Source of the DNA: Bacillota bacterium
Lineage (GTDB): Bacteria > Bacillota > Sulfobacillia > JAJZYS01 > JAJYTV01
Direction of reading: 5' to 3'
Assembly (NCBI GenBank): GCA_021793215.1
Contig: JAJYTE010000004.1
Span: forward strand, 46,923-110,922
Length of the DNA: 64,000 nt
Part shown: positions 39,406 through 47,295 of the stretch, piece by piece
Layout of the letters: every line of letters begins with the position of its first letter
Position numbering within the stretch: the stretch's first letter is position 1
Program-made: the position numbers and the translations under genes
Notes under the pieces: model-generated
Database searches by the model: none
The model's input: the letters and a program-made list of their open reading frames with translations, nothing else
Told to the model about the DNA's origin: nothing

Positions 39406-42351
39406 ATGGATCTGGAGAAGAGCAGCCGCACGTCCCGCGCAGCGAAGTCCGCGGGACACCTTGGCGCGCCAAGCGGCCCGTCCGCGGACGGGCCGGCCGC
39501 CGTCCCCATCCTGGGCCGAACCGCAGAACTGGCGAGGATCAAGGACTGCCTGGAAGGTGTCGGGCTCCACGGTGCCCAGATCCTCCTCCTCGAGGGCGAA
39601 CCCGGCATCGGCAAGAGTACGCTTGCCGCAGAGACCAAGCGCTTGGCCGACTCCATGGCGTTTCGAACGCTCGCCGCGCGGACGGACGAGCTGGCGGAGC
39701 ACCGACCCCTTGGACTGGTTGCCGACCTGTTGCAGGCGGCAGGCACCAACCTAGCGAAGGGCACACGCTCCCTCCTGGGGGTGGGCGAGGCACGCCGCGG
39801 CGCCGACATGACATTTCGGGCCAGCGAGGTGCTCATCGAGACGTGCGATCGCCTGTGCGCCGAAGCGCCGCTCGCCTTGGTCTTGGAAGACCTGCACTGG
39901 TCCGATGCGGCGTCCGTGTTCGCGCTGCGCCGCATCATCCGGCACGGCGCCTCACTGCCGCTGGCGGTGGTGGCCACCCTTCGCCCGCTTCCGCGGCCAT
40001 CCGAGCTCTCATCGCTCATCGCGGACCTCGATCCGGGGAGCCATCAGATGCTCGGTCCGATGGAGGAAGCCGCGATCGATCGGCTGGCCGCCCGCTTCCT
40101 CGGTGCAGCCCCGGGTCCGGAGTTGCGCGTCCAAATCGCGATGGCGGGCGGCAACCCGCTCTTCGTGCTCGAGCTTCTGGACGAGCTGCAGGCAGAGGGC
40201 GCGCTGTCGCGACGGCCCACGGCGAGTTCGGATGCTCCCGCAGTCGACGTCGCACGCACCGTCCAGTTGCCTTCTCTCGGGCTGACCGTGCTTCGCCGCC
40301 TCAGCTTCCTCTCTCCCGACACGCTCCGTTGCCTCGGGCTGGCCGCCGTACTCGGCGTACGCTTTCGGGCGAGCGCGCTTGCGGCGCTCTCTGGACGGAT
40401 CTCGGCAGATCTCGTGGGTCCGATCAGGGAGGCGCTCGCGGCGGGCCTGCTCGTAGAGGACGACGAGCAGCTCCGCTTCCGACACGAGCTCGTGCGCGAA
40501 GCGCTCTACAGCGACCTCCCCGCTGCGCTGCGACGTGGCCTGCACAGAGATGCGGCCCGCATCCTCCGCGAGGCGGGAGAGGAGGCGGGAGTATGGGTAG
40601 AGCACCTCCTGCGCGGACCACAGGCCCTCTCCCGAGAGGTCGCCTCGCAGCTGCGCGAAGCGGCAAGCGACCTTGTGGTCACCTTGCCGTCTGAGGCGGT
40701 ACGGTTGCTGGAGCAAGCGATCCTTGCAGCCGGATCGGACCAGGTCCTTCGAGCGAACCTGATGGCTGAGCGCAGCATGGGTCTGCTGCTGGCCGGACGG
40801 CTCCCGGAGGGCGAAGCCGCCTGCCGCGAGGCGCTCACCGTCTTGAAGGACCCCTCCCTTCGGCTCTTGCTGCGCGACGCGCTGGCGCAATCGCTGCTCG
40901 ACCGCGGCGATCCCCTGGCTGCACTGCGAGAGGCCGAAGACGGGCTGCGCGATCCGGCGCTCGACGGGATGTCGCGCGCTTGGCTGCACAGTCGCTCCGC
41001 CATGGCACGGCTCTTCATCGGGGACTTCAGAGGTTCGCACCACGCGATTCGGCAGGCCGAGGAGGGCGTAGGAGACAGCGGGAACGCCCTTCGGGTCTGT
41101 CTGCTCGGAGTGAGGACGCTCTTGGCGGCGCAAGAGGGGCAGATCGCAGAGGCCGCGCGCATCGGGGGCGAGGCCGTGGCGCTCGCGGAGGCGGAACCCT
41201 CGCGTGCCATCTACGACTCTGTCCCGCACATCACCTGGGCGACCAGTCTCATCGACACCGACCGCTTCGACGACGCCGCGGCAGTGCTTGCGCGCGGCTG
41301 CGAAGCCCAAGAGTTCTTCGGGGCGCGCCGCAAACTGCCCGTCCACCATGTCGGACTCGGCTTCACCTACTTCTGGACAGGCAAGTGGGACGAGGCCGTG
41401 GCCGAGATCGAGACGGGGATCAACCTCGCGGAGGAGACCGGGGCCGGTTGGCGCGCCGCCGCTCGCGGCCTCAGGGCCGTGGTGGCCGCCTGCCGTGGTG
41501 ACGGCGCGACGGCCGCCAGGTGGCTTAGGGCCGGTGAGGAGGGTCTGGCCGCCGGCGAGGCAGGCTACCGCACGGAGTGGCTCGCGTGGGCCCGTGTCCT
41601 GTGTCTTGAACTGGCCGAGCCCTCGACCCCTCCTGGAAATCTTCTTGACGCCATCACGCAGCAGGGGTCGGCGTCCTGGATGCCTGGCTTCTCGTTCGCG
41701 ACCGTCGGCCCTACCGTCGCGCGGCTCGCCCTGGCTTCAGGCAGAGAGCGGCTGGTGGAAGAGGTACAGGAGCGGCTCGACACCCTGGCGGCGGAGAACC
41801 CGGGCGTGCTGGGCGTCACCGCCGCCCGTGACATGGTGCGGGCGCTGCGCGCGGGGGATCCTGCGCGACTCCGGCTGGCGACCGACACCTATCGGCAGGC
41901 AGAAAGACCCCTCGAGGCTGGAGGCGCGGCCGAGGAAGCGGCCGTGCTCGCCGCACGCGCAGGAGACCGCGAGGCGGCGGCAAAACTCTTCGCGGCGGCT
42001 CGCCAGCTCTACGGCGGACTCGGTGCGACAGCGCTCGCCGGGCGGATGGCCCGACGCCTTCGGGCGGCGGGGGTCGGGCCTGACCGCGCTCCGATCGCAC
42101 GTGCCCGACCCGGCCACGGATGGGATTCCCTGACCGCGATGGAGCGGCAGATCCTACGGCTGATCGTCGAACGGCGGTCCAACCCCGAGATCGCGGGTGT
42201 CTTCGTCATCTCCCGACGGACGGTCGAGACCCATGTCTCCCACATCCTGACCAAGGTCGGTCTTCGCTCGCGGGTTGAGCTCGCCCGGGCCGCAGCCGAG
42301 CATTTCGGCTGGCGACTTCGGCTCGAGGAGTTCTCCCAGTCGAGCGAGTAG
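39406..42351 (+). CDS. Large ATP-binding LuxR-family regulator (STAND AAA_16 ATPase + TPR-like + LuxR HTH)
   Basis: Walker A GEPGIGKS, Walker B LVLEDLHWSD, GGNPLF, FRHELVREALY, helical repeats, C-terminal LTAMERQIL...SNPEIA...ISRRTVETHVSHIL. Confidence 0.95.
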   Translation: MDLEKSSRTSRAAKSAGHLGAPSGPSADGPAAVPILGRTAELARIKDCLEGVGLHGAQILLLEGEPGIGKSTLAAETKRLADSMAFRTLAARTDELAEHRPLGLVADLLQAAGTNLAKGTRSLLGVGEARRGADMTFRASEVLIETCDRLCAEAPLALVLEDLHWSDAASVFALRRIIRHGASLPLAVVATLRPLPRPSELSSLIADLDPGSHQMLGPMEEAAIDRLAARFLGAAPGPELRVQIAMAGGNPLFVLELLDELQAEGALSRRPTASSDAPAVDVARTVQLPSLGLTVLRRLSFLSPDTLRCLGLAAVLGVRFRASALAALSGRISADLVGPIREALAAGLLVEDDEQLRFRHELVREALYSDLPAALRRGLHRDAARILREAGEEAGVWVEHLLRGPQALSREVASQLREAASDLVVTLPSEAVRLLEQAILAAGSDQVLRANLMAERSMGLLLAGRLPEGEAACREALTVLKDPSLRLLLRDALAQSLLDRGDPLAALREAEDGLRDPALDGMSRAWLHSRSAMARLFIGDFRGSHHAIRQAEEGVGDSGNALRVCLLGVRTLLAAQEGQIAEAARIGGEAVALAEAEPSRAIYDSVPHITWATSLIDTDRFDDAAAVLARGCEAQEFFGARRKLPVHHVGLGFTYFWTGKWDEAVAEIETGINLAEETGAGWRAAARGLRAVVAACRGDGATAARWLRAGEEGLAAGEAGYRTEWLAWARVLCLELAEPSTPPGNLLDAITQQGSASWMPGFSFATVGPTVARLALASGRERLVEEVQERLDTLAAENPGVLGVTAARDMVRALRAGDPARLRLATDTYRQAERPLEAGGAAEEAAVLAARAGDREAAAKLFAAARQLYGGLGATALAGRMARRLRAAGVGPDRAPIARARPGHGWDSLTAMERQILRLIVERRSNPEIAGVFVISRRTVETHVSHILTKVGLRSRVELARAAAEHFGWRLRLEEFSQSSE

Positions 42352-42447
42352 GCCCAGCCAGCCCGAGAAGGGCAACACCTCACCAGCATGTTCCCAGAGT
42401 TCGCCTGTCAGAGGCGTCAGGCCCTTGACCTCGATGGTGATGCGCAT
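42154..42447 (-). CDS. Small hypothetical protein (97 aa), probably leaderless, antisense-overlapping the LuxR 3' end
   Basis: ATG 6 nt after a TATGCT -10; N-terminal ~45 aa (MRITIEV...PLTGEL...PFSGWLGLLARLGELL) looks like beta strands plus an amphipathic helix; the tail is the antisense of the LuxR HTH. Confidence 0.6.
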   Translation of the reverse strand: MRITIEVKGLTPLTGELWEHAGEVLPFSGWLGLLARLGELLEPKSPAEMLGCGPGELNPRAKTDLGQDVGDMGLDRPSGDDEDTRDLGVGPPFDDQP

Positions 42448-42453
42448 GCAGCG

Positions 42454-42500
42454 AGCATAGTCGTCACAGGCGCGCACGACATCCGTGGGCTGCACGGATC
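42454..42500 (-). promoter_or_regulatory. Palindromic operator, copy 2, plus -10 element
   Basis: GAC-ATCCGTG-ggctg-CACGGAT-C (42478-42500) centred 43 nt upstream of ATG 42447; TATGCT at 42459-42454. Confidence 0.75.
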
Positions 42501-42505
42501 CGACA

Positions 42506-42551
42506 CGTGAGTCCACGCCACGTTGGCGGAGCCCCGTGGCGCGGACTCACG
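42506..42551 (-). terminator. 17-bp hairpin downstream of the YggT gene
   Basis: CGTGAGTCCACGCCACG-N12-CGTGGCGCGGACTCACG; the single mismatch is a G-U pair on the minus-strand RNA; no U-tract. Confidence 0.6.
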
Positions 42552-42617
42552 CCTGGGACGGCTTGGCTTCGTACACCTGCCGTGTCTAGCGATCGACCGC
42601 CGGATGCTCGCCTGCGT

Positions 42618-42941
42618 CTACCTGTGCTCGGGCCGGGTGATCATCACGAGGCGCACGAGCCCGACGCCGATCAGCCAGTACACGGCCATCGCAACGAGCG
42701 TGCCGAGTTCGAGCCGCGAGATGCCGTAGGCGACTTGGTACCCGAAGAGAGAGAAGAAGGGTTCCACGAACGGAACCGACAGCGAGTAGACGAAGTTCGC
42801 GAACGCGTTCGCCGGATTCGCCCCCAGAAGAGCGAGTACGAAACGAAACGCGAGCAGGACGAGAAGTACCCTGTCCACGTAGGAGATCACCCGGGCGGCC
42901 AGTTTCTGACCGCTGGGCTGCTGCGTCTGAGACAACCCCAT
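42618..42941 (-). CDS. YggT family membrane protein
   Basis: LLAFRFVLALLGANPANAFANFVYSLSVPFVEPFFSLF pattern; start trimmed to ATG 42941. Confidence 0.8.
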   Translation of the reverse strand: MGLSQTQQPSGQKLAARVISYVDRVLLVLLAFRFVLALLGANPANAFANFVYSLSVPFVEPFFSLFGYQVAYGISRLELGTLVAMAVYWLIGVGLVRLVMITRPEHR

Positions 42942-43098
42942 CACCCTTCCCAGGCGTGGGCAGGTAACTTCGGATGCCTTCGCCCGACCGCCTACGCTAT
43001 AAGGATTCGCATTTCGGGCCTGAGTTCTGCCAGGGACTGTCGGTAGAACAAGCAAGGCGCCTTCTGCCGCAGGCGCCGGAGGTTTCGCTGATGGTCTT

Positions 43099-44001
43099 CT
43101 ACCTGCCGCCGATCTCCGCCCAGTTCGGCGCCATCGCCTGAACGTACTCCTCGGGAGAGAAGACCACGAGGTCCTCGATGCCCTCCCCAAGGCCCACGAG
43201 CTTCACGGGCAGGGAGAGCGCCTCGCGTACCGCGAGCAGGGAGCCTCCCTTCGCCGCCCCATCGAGCTTCGTTACGCAGATGCCCGTCAGAGGCGCCGCG
43301 CCCATGAAGCCCTGCGCCTGCGCGACGGCGTTCTGGCCCGTCGCGCCGTCAACGACGAGCAGCACCTCGTGCGGCGCGCCGGGGAGGGCGCGCGCCGTCG
43401 CGCGCGCGATCTTGCCGAGTTCGTCCAAAAGCCCCTGGCGGTTATGCAGGCGTCCGGCGGTGTCGACGAGCACCAGGCCCGCCCCCTTCGCCTTCCCCCG
43501 TTCGATCGCTTGGTACGCGACGCTCGCGGGGTCCTGACGCTCCGCACCGCGCACGATCTCCGCGCCGGCGCGTTCCGCCCATACGGCGATCTGGGCCGTC
43601 GCGGCCGCACGGTAGGTGTCCGCCGCTGCGATCACGACGCTTTTCCCCATCGCCTTGGCCATCATCGCGAGCTTGCCGGCGGTCGTCGTCTTGCCGGCGC
43701 CGTTCACCCCGACGAGCAGCCAGACCGTCAGGCCGTCCTCCGCCCACCGCAGCGGCTCTTGAGGACCGGCGATCCGCATCATCGCCTCCGCGAACGCCTG
43801 CGGCATATCCTCCGGTGCTCGCCGTTCCAGTGCCCGGCGGACGTCTGCCGCCACCTTGAGCCCGCAGTCCGCGAGAAGGAGCGCCTCCTCGACGGCGTCG
43901 AGCACCTCCTCGCGCTCCGCTCCGCGTCCGAGCCCGCGCAGGCGCGAGCCCAGCGCATTGCGCGTGCGCTCAAGACCCTTGCGCCACCTGTCCCAGATCA
44001 T
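43099..44001 (-). CDS. ftsY: SRP receptor FtsY
   Basis: GVNGAGKTTT, AADTYRAAA, DTAGRL, TKLDGAAKGG. Confidence 0.96.
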   Translation of the reverse strand: MIWDRWRKGLERTRNALGSRLRGLGRGAEREEVLDAVEEALLLADCGLKVAADVRRALERRAPEDMPQAFAEAMMRIAGPQEPLRWAEDGLTVWLLVGVNGAGKTTTAGKLAMMAKAMGKSVVIAAADTYRAAATAQIAVWAERAGAEIVRGAERQDPASVAYQAIERGKAKGAGLVLVDTAGRLHNRQGLLDELGKIARATARALPGAPHEVLLVVDGATGQNAVAQAQGFMGAAPLTGICVTKLDGAAKGGSLLAVREALSLPVKLVGLGEGIEDLVVFSPEEYVQAMAPNWAEIGGR

Positions 44002-47000
44002 CGCTCGGCTCCCCTTCCAGTCGGACGGCCGCCAGCAGCGTGATGCCCCTCTCCTGCATCGTCGTCCCGATCAGCTGGTCCGCCGCCTCCATCGTCGGCC
44101 GCTGGTGCGTCACGACGATCAGCTGGCGTCCGGCCTGTCGCCGAAGGAACTGCGCGAAGCGCTCGACGTTGCGCTCGTCGAGGCTGGCCTCGATCTCGTC
44201 CAGTAGGTAGAAGGGCGGCGGCCGCAGTGCGGAGAGGGCGAAGAGGAAGGCGATCGCCGTGAGCGCCCGTTCCCCGCCCGAAAGCCAGTTGAGGCGCACG
44301 GCCTCCTTGCCAGGCAGCTCGACCTCGATGTCGATCCCCTGTGCGACCGCGACGAGGCGCGCCTTCGCGCCCTCGCCGAACAGCGCGGCCGCCATCGCGG
44401 TAAAGCGTTCCCCCACGACCCGCATCCCGTGCTGCAGCCGGTCGGCGACAGCGCGGTCAGCCTGGGCCAGCACCTCCACGAGGGTCGCCTTGGCTGCCGA
44501 GAGGTCGGCAAGGCGCTCCTGCAGCTGCGAGAAGCGGTCCTCCGCCTCGCGCAGCCGCTCGGGCGCATCCGGCGGCGCCCCGCCCATCTCCTGTAGGTCC
44601 CGGCGCGCCTTGGCGAGCGCCTCCTCCGCCTGCGAGGGCATGGGTGCGACGGCGCGCGTGAGCGCGTCGGCCCCGTGCCCCTCGCGCAGCGCGCGCTCCG
44701 CTTCCCGGATCTCCTCCGCGACGCGCACGGCCTCCTCGCGCAGCCGCACAGCCTGCTCCTCTGCGCCCGCCGAGGCGGCGGCGACCTGACGCATAGCCCG
44801 CTCGACCAGCCGCTCGAGGGTCCGCAGCGTGACGTCGAGGCGCTGGCCCCTGCGCCGCTGCGCCGTGATCACATCGCGCCAAGCAGCTGCGGACTCCCGC
44901 AGTCCGCGAGCGCTCTCGGCCTCGCGCCGTGCGGTCTCAAGGCTGCCTTCCGCCGTTTCCGCCGATGCCCGCAACTCAGCGAGCACCTCGGAGCCCTGCG
45001 AGAGCTCCGCCGCGAGGCGGCGCGTCTCCTCCTGGGCCACGGCCTGCACAAGGCTCGCCTGTTGGGCGGCCTGGGCGTGCTGTCCCGGCGCGAGCGCCTT
45101 CGCCTGCGCAAACTCCTCAAGGAGTCGCTCCCGCTCCGCGCGCGCGGACTCCACGCGCGCGAGCACCTGCTCGTGGTCCCTGCGGGCCGCCTGCGCGGCG
45201 CCGGCCGCCCGCTCCAGGGCGCGAAGCGCCTCCTCCTGGGCTCCGGCCGCCTGCCGCTCGCGCGACAGCGCTTCCGTCAGCGCCGCTCCTGCAGCGCGCA
45301 GCGAGGCCTCGCGCTCCGCGAACTCCGCACGGGCGGCGCGAACCGCGTCGGGCGGCGGCGCCGCCGCCGCGACCTGTACCGCCTGCCCGCCCGTCAGGGC
45401 GCCGCCCACCTGCACGACCTGCCCGTCGAGCGTGACGACCCGAAGGCGCCGACCGGTGGCCTCCGCCGCGCGCTGCGCCGCGCCGAGATCCTCCGCCACG
45501 AGAGTGCGGCCCAGCCGCAGGCGAACGGCGTCCTCGATCGCCGCAGGGTAATCGCAGAGCGACGAGAGTACTCCCAGACAGCCTGTCACGCGGGGAGCCG
45601 CCGCGGTCTCCGCCGGGCTGAGGGCGCCGAGTGGCAGGAAGGTCGCCCGCCCCGCGGAGGCCCTGCGCAGCCACTCGATGCCCTGACGCGCCACGGCCTC
45701 CCCTTCGACGACGATATCTGACGCTGCACCGCCGAGGGCAGTCGCGAGCGCCAGCGCGAGCCTTGGCTCCTTCGGCTGCACGAGCCGCCCAAGCGTTCCA
45801 AGAACACCCTCGATCCGTCCAGCCTCCGACTCGCGCAGGAAGGCTCTCACGGCGGCAGGCGCATGTCGTTCCGCGGCCCGCACGGCGTCTTCGAACGCCG
45901 CCTCCCTGCGCTCCGCCGCTTCGTACGCCTGACGCGCCTCCTGCTCCGCCGCCCGTGCGGCCGAAGCCGAAGTGTGGCAGGAGAGTTCGGCCTCCCGCGC
46001 CGCCTGCAGGGCGTCGGCGGCGGCGCCCGCTTCCTGCTCACGCACCGCGCGCACCCCGGAGAGCTCCGCGGCACGCGGCTCGAGGTCGGCGGCGTCGCGC
46101 GAGGCCGCAGCGAGGGCCGCCTCGATCTGCGGCATGCGGGCGAGGGCGCGCATCGCCTCCGCACCGGCGGCGCCCGCCTCGCGCAGTTCCGATTCGGCCT
46201 GCGAGAGCTGAAGGCTCGCGGCCGCGTACGCGGACTGGTGGGCCTCGTGGGTCTCCTCGGCCCGGCGCAGGCGCTCCTGCGACTCGCCGTGGCGCGTGAG
46301 GGCGGACCTCTCACGCTCCGACGCCGCCGCAGCCTGGGCGGCCGCCGCGTGCAGGCGGTCCTCGACGGAAGCGGCAAGCGCCTCGCGTCGCGCCCCGCGT
46401 GCCGCCGTACCCTCGAGCGCAGTGGCGATGCGCGCGGAGAGGGCCTCGTAGCGGCCGATCGCCTGCGCCCCTGACCTGCTGCTCTCACCGGCCGCCGCCT
46501 CGCGCTCCGTCGCGCGCTGCAGCTGCGCGCGCAGCCGCTCGATCCTGCGGTGCCCAAGTCCGATCTCCAGCGTGGCGATGCGCGCGCGCAGTTCCGACGC
46601 CGCGCTCGCGAGGCGGGCATCGCGTCGAAGGTCCGGCATCTGGGCCTCGAGTTCCTCGAGGCGCGCGCGCTCGATCTCCGCCTCCTGGTCGCCGCGCGCC
46701 AGTTCGTGCACCGCCTCGCGACGGCGCTCGCGGTAGACGAAGGCGCCGGAGGCATCCTCGAGCAGGCGCCGCCGGCCGTTCGGGTCCTGGCTCACCACTT
46801 CCTCGACGCGCCCCTGGCCGATCCAGGCGTACCCCTCCGCCAGGCCAAGGTGCGCGATCAGCCGCTCGACGTCGCGGGCGCGGCAGGTGACGCCCTGCAG
46901 CCGGTACTCCGTGTCGCCTTGGCGGTAGAGTCGTCGGACGATCTCCACTTCCTCGGCCTCCAGCGGCAGCTGGCGGTCGTGGTTGTCGAACGTCAGGCGC

Positions 47001-47239
47001 ACCTCGCAAAGGCCCGCCGCGCGCCGCGTCGGACTGCCGGCGAACAACACCTCGTCGCGGCGCTCGGCCCGTCCGTCGGCGAGGCGGCCCGTCGAGAGCG
47101 CCCAGCGCACCGCGTCGGTGAGGTTCGACTTGCCAGTCCCGTTCGGGCCCACAACCGCCGTGAACGACGGCGCAAGCTGCACCGTCGTTGGTTCGCCGAA
47201 CGATTTGAACCCGGACAGGTAGATTTCCTTGAGGTACAG
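43970..47239 (-). CDS. smc: Chromosome segregation protein SMC (start CTG 47239 or GTG 47299)
   Basis: YLKEIYLSGFKSF, GPNGTGKSN, hinge GRATFLPL and VTLDG, LSGGE, LLDEIEASLD, IVVTH. Confidence 0.95.
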   Translation of the reverse strand: MYLKEIYLSGFKSFGEPTTVQLAPSFTAVVGPNGTGKSNLTDAVRWALSTGRLADGRAERRDEVLFAGSPTRRAAGLCEVRLTFDNHDRQLPLEAEEVEIVRRLYRQGDTEYRLQGVTCRARDVERLIAHLGLAEGYAWIGQGRVEEVVSQDPNGRRRLLEDASGAFVYRERRREAVHELARGDQEAEIERARLEELEAQMPDLRRDARLASAASELRARIATLEIGLGHRRIERLRAQLQRATEREAAAGESSRSGAQAIGRYEALSARIATALEGTAARGARREALAASVEDRLHAAAAQAAAASERERSALTRHGESQERLRRAEETHEAHQSAYAAASLQLSQAESELREAGAAGAEAMRALARMPQIEAALAAASRDAADLEPRAAELSGVRAVREQEAGAAADALQAAREAELSCHTSASAARAAEQEARQAYEAAERREAAFEDAVRAAERHAPAAVRAFLRESEAGRIEGVLGTLGRLVQPKEPRLALALATALGGAASDIVVEGEAVARQGIEWLRRASAGRATFLPLGALSPAETAAAPRVTGCLGVLSSLCDYPAAIEDAVRLRLGRTLVAEDLGAAQRAAEATGRRLRVVTLDGQVVQVGGALTGGQAVQVAAAAPPPDAVRAARAEFAEREASLRAAGAALTEALSRERQAAGAQEEALRALERAAGAAQAARRDHEQVLARVESARAERERLLEEFAQAKALAPGQHAQAAQQASLVQAVAQEETRRLAAELSQGSEVLAELRASAETAEGSLETARREAESARGLRESAAAWRDVITAQRRRGQRLDVTLRTLERLVERAMRQVAAASAGAEEQAVRLREEAVRVAEEIREAERALREGHGADALTRAVAPMPSQAEEALAKARRDLQEMGGAPPDAPERLREAEDRFSQLQERLADLSAAKATLVEVLAQADRAVADRLQHGMRVVGERFTAMAAALFGEGAKARLVAVAQGIDIEVELPGKEAVRLNWLSGGERALTAIAFLFALSALRPPPFYLLDEIEASLDERNVERFAQFLRRQAGRQLIVVTHQRPTMEAADQLIGTTMQERGITLLAAVRLEGEPSDDLGQVAQGS

Positions 47240-47295
47240 ACGCGTGGGTCCTTTCCGGCGCAGAGTCGCAGATTGCAAGTTCTTCGCCGGGAGGA

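Noticed and set aside
39406-42351. STAND protein as an Avs-type anti-phage effector
   Set aside because: No nuclease, SIR2 or TIR effector domain; the LuxR HTH indicates a transcriptional output, and the inducing signal cannot be read from sequence.
42945-43098. Possible riboswitch in the ftsY-yggT intergenic region
   Set aside because: Only short GC hairpins; no aptamer consensus that I recognise.
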